Assembly (NCBI GenBank): GCA_015065765.1 | Contig: SVPP01000010.1 | Coordinates: forward strand, 12,760-36,759 | DNA from: Oscillospiraceae bacterium | Lineage (GTDB): Bacteria; Bacillota; Clostridia; Oscillospirales; Acutalibacteraceae | DNA length: 24,000 nt | Reading direction: 5' to 3' | In this document: positions 22,408 through 24,000 of the stretch, in pieces | Position numbering within the stretch: the stretch's first letter is position 1 | Layout of the letters: every line of letters begins with the position of its first letter | Program-made: the position numbers and the translations under genes | The notes under the pieces: generated by a model | Databases searched by the model: none | What the model was told of the DNA's origin: nothing | Seen by the model: the letters and a program-made list of their open reading frames with translations, nothing else

Positions 22408-23700
22408 TTACTGTTCTTTCTGGAACGGTGCGGGGATAAGGTCTTCCATATCCTTTTCGTCAAGCTTTTTGCGAAGAAGGAACATACAGTCATCAATACT
22501 CGCGTAACCTTTCACAACATCCTCAGCAAGGGCTTTACATGAGGGCGCACCGCACGTGCCGCAGTCGAGATTCGGGAGCATTTTCTGAATTTCCTTGATA
22601 TCATTCATCATGCGCATAGCATCCACAATATTTCCTGAAAGTCTCATTACGGGAAGCTCTTCAAGAGGCTTCTCCCAGAACATTTCGTGGGGCACGCTAT
22701 CATCACCGATTCTGTTACATGCAACGGGAAGATATTTTTTCAATGTCTGAAGTCTGTTCTTTGCTATGTAGGGATTCTCCGCAGTAAGACATCCGCCTAC
22801 GCAGCCTTCTGTACATGCGTTAAGCTCAATGAAATCAACGTTATTGAGCTTTTCGTCTTCAATTTCTTCAAGAATTTTGATAACGTTTTCTATACCGTCA
22901 ACATGAAGGCTGTTGTCAAGAAGAAGCGCCGATGCTTCACCGCCGCTGACTGCCCAGCCTACACCGATTCTGCCTGAGTGCTGGATGTTTTCAATCTCAG
23001 TTACCTTCTTCATCTGCTGAAGCATCACGGGATAAATATCGCTGATTGCCACAGCTCCGTCAAGGTTTGATTTTTCACTGAACAGCGGCTGTTTGATTGC
23101 AGTAATCTTTGCAGGACATGGAGTAATAAAGAAAACTCCGATATCCTCAGCATTCAGATTCTGCTCCTTCATAGCCTTTTCACGTGCAAGTCTTGCCGCC
23201 TCTTCAAAAGGCGCATTAAGATTTACAACGTTGGGAATAAGCTCAGGGAATGAAATCCTGATAAGTCTGCACACAACAGGACACGCCGATGAAATGACAG
23301 GCTTTCTGAAAGCGCCTGCCGCCATCAGCTTTCTCGTTGCGTGTGACACAAGCTCTGCACCCTTTGAAACCTCAGCGACTTCGTCAAATCCCATTCTTTT
23401 CAGGACATTGAGAACGATGTTGATATCGTCAAGGTTTGCAAACTGTCCGTAAAGGGCAGGTGCAGGAAGTGCAATTCTATATTTGTAGTTTACAATGCTT
23501 GTAAGTGATTCACGCTCTGCATACTTTGCATGATGGGGACAAACTCTGATACATTCACCGCAGTCAATGCATCTTTCGTGAATCATTTTCGCCTTACCTT
23601 TTCTCACACGGATAGCTTCGGTAGGGCACCTTTTTATACAGTTCATACAGCCCAGACATTTGTCTGTGTCAAGGCGTACTGAATGAGCATATTTATCCAT
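22408..23700 (-). CDS. HydS-like (putative sensory) [FeFe]-hydrogenase homologue: 2x4Fe-4S ferredoxin, H-cluster domain and a C-terminal CxxCxxxxC Fe-S domain
   Basis: 430 aa. It carries CLGCMNCIKRCP and CIDCGECIRVCP, then the H-cluster-like motifs L1 SSACPVV (Ala in place of the proton-relay Cys), L2 TPCPAKITA and L3 ELNACTEGCVGGC. The C-terminal LPNLDCGTCGAPSCKALAEDVVKG resembles an RnfB-type Fe-S motif. No PAS domain fits in this length. Confidence 0.8.
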   Translation of the reverse strand: MDKYAHSVRLDTDKCLGCMNCIKRCPTEAIRVRKGKAKMIHERCIDCGECIRVCPHHAKYAERESLTSIVNYKYRIALPAPALYGQFANLDDINIVLNVLKRMGFDEVAEVSKGAELVSHATRKLMAAGAFRKPVISSACPVVCRLIRISFPELIPNVVNLNAPFEEAARLAREKAMKEQNLNAEDIGVFFITPCPAKITAIKQPLFSEKSNLDGAVAISDIYPVMLQQMKKVTEIENIQHSGRIGVGWAVSGGEASALLLDNSLHVDGIENVIKILEEIEDEKLNNVDFIELNACTEGCVGGCLTAENPYIAKNRLQTLKKYLPVACNRIGDDSVPHEMFWEKPLEELPVMRLSGNIVDAMRMMNDIKEIQKMLPNLDCGTCGAPSCKALAEDVVKGYASIDDCMFLLRKKLDEKDMEDLIPAPFQKEQ

Positions 23701-23724
23701 AGAGATTTCCCTCCTAAGGATGCA

Positions 23725-24000
23725 TTATTTCACCAGAAATTTAAGTGTAATCTTTGTGCCGACTCCCACCTGAGTTTCGATGAGCATATCGTCGGCATAT
23801 TTTTTGATATTGGGAAGGCCCATACCTGCACCGAAACCAAGAGCTCTTACGTTATCGGGAGCAGTTGAATATCCTGCCTGCATTGCAAGGTCAACATCAG
23901 GAATACCGGGGCCCTTATCATCAAGAACAACAGTAATACATTCAGGCTCAATGTCACATGTAATAACACCGCCGTCTGCATGGATTACCATATTAATTTC
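23725..24000 (-). CDS. HATPase_c / anti-sigma-factor-type Ser kinase-like ATP-binding protein, C-terminal part (N-terminus off the right edge)
   Basis: The frame is still open at base 24000. It has G1 DDKGPGI and G2 GFGAGMGLPN...GVGT motifs. The stop is at 23725-23727, 24 nt upstream of the HydS-like start. Confidence 0.65.
   Translation of the reverse strand, partial: EINMVIHADGGVITCDIEPECITVVLDDKGPGIPDVDLAMQAGYSTAPDNVRALGFGAGMGLPNIKKYADDMLIETQVGVGTKITLKFLVK

Overview
This looks like a chromosomal segment from a low-GC, spore-forming Firmicute. The gene content (spoIID, yaaT/ricT, a cohesin-like secreted protein, a HydABC hydrogenase) fits Clostridia, possibly Ruminococcaceae or Oscillospiraceae. 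Almost all genes are on the minus strand. Left third (1-9.8 kb): housekeeping and sporulation genes, namely a secreted repeat protein, ricT-holB-queG, an AEC transporter, a membrane protein, citrate synthase, spoIID, a YfcE-type phosphoesterase, three small unknown ORFs and ybaK. Centre (9.8-14.8 kb): carbohydrate genes (GH78 alpha-L-rhamnosidase, a DUF386/YhcH cupin, a ChbG/YdjC deacetylase). Between them sits a compact retron: a retron-type reverse transcriptase at 12552-13607 with an upstream msr-msd non-coding region at 13632-13827 bracketed by a perfect 15-bp inverted repeat. The retron has its own candidate promoter and terminator. No recognisable effector gene is fused to it or adjacent to it, and that is the most interesting point in the window. 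Right part (15-24 kb): an electron-bifurcating-type [FeFe]-hydrogenase operon (NuoE-like, HATPase, 2Fe-2S, NuoF-like, HydA) preceded by its usual regulatory module (HATPase protein, HydS-like sensory hydrogenase, DRTGG, PHP). That module is split by about 1.1 kb of accessory DNA holding a small membrane protein and a DUF559 endonuclease gene framed by roughly 52-56-bp structured inverted repeats. Two short intergenic repeat families recur across the window. No rRNA, tRNA or CRISPR array was seen.
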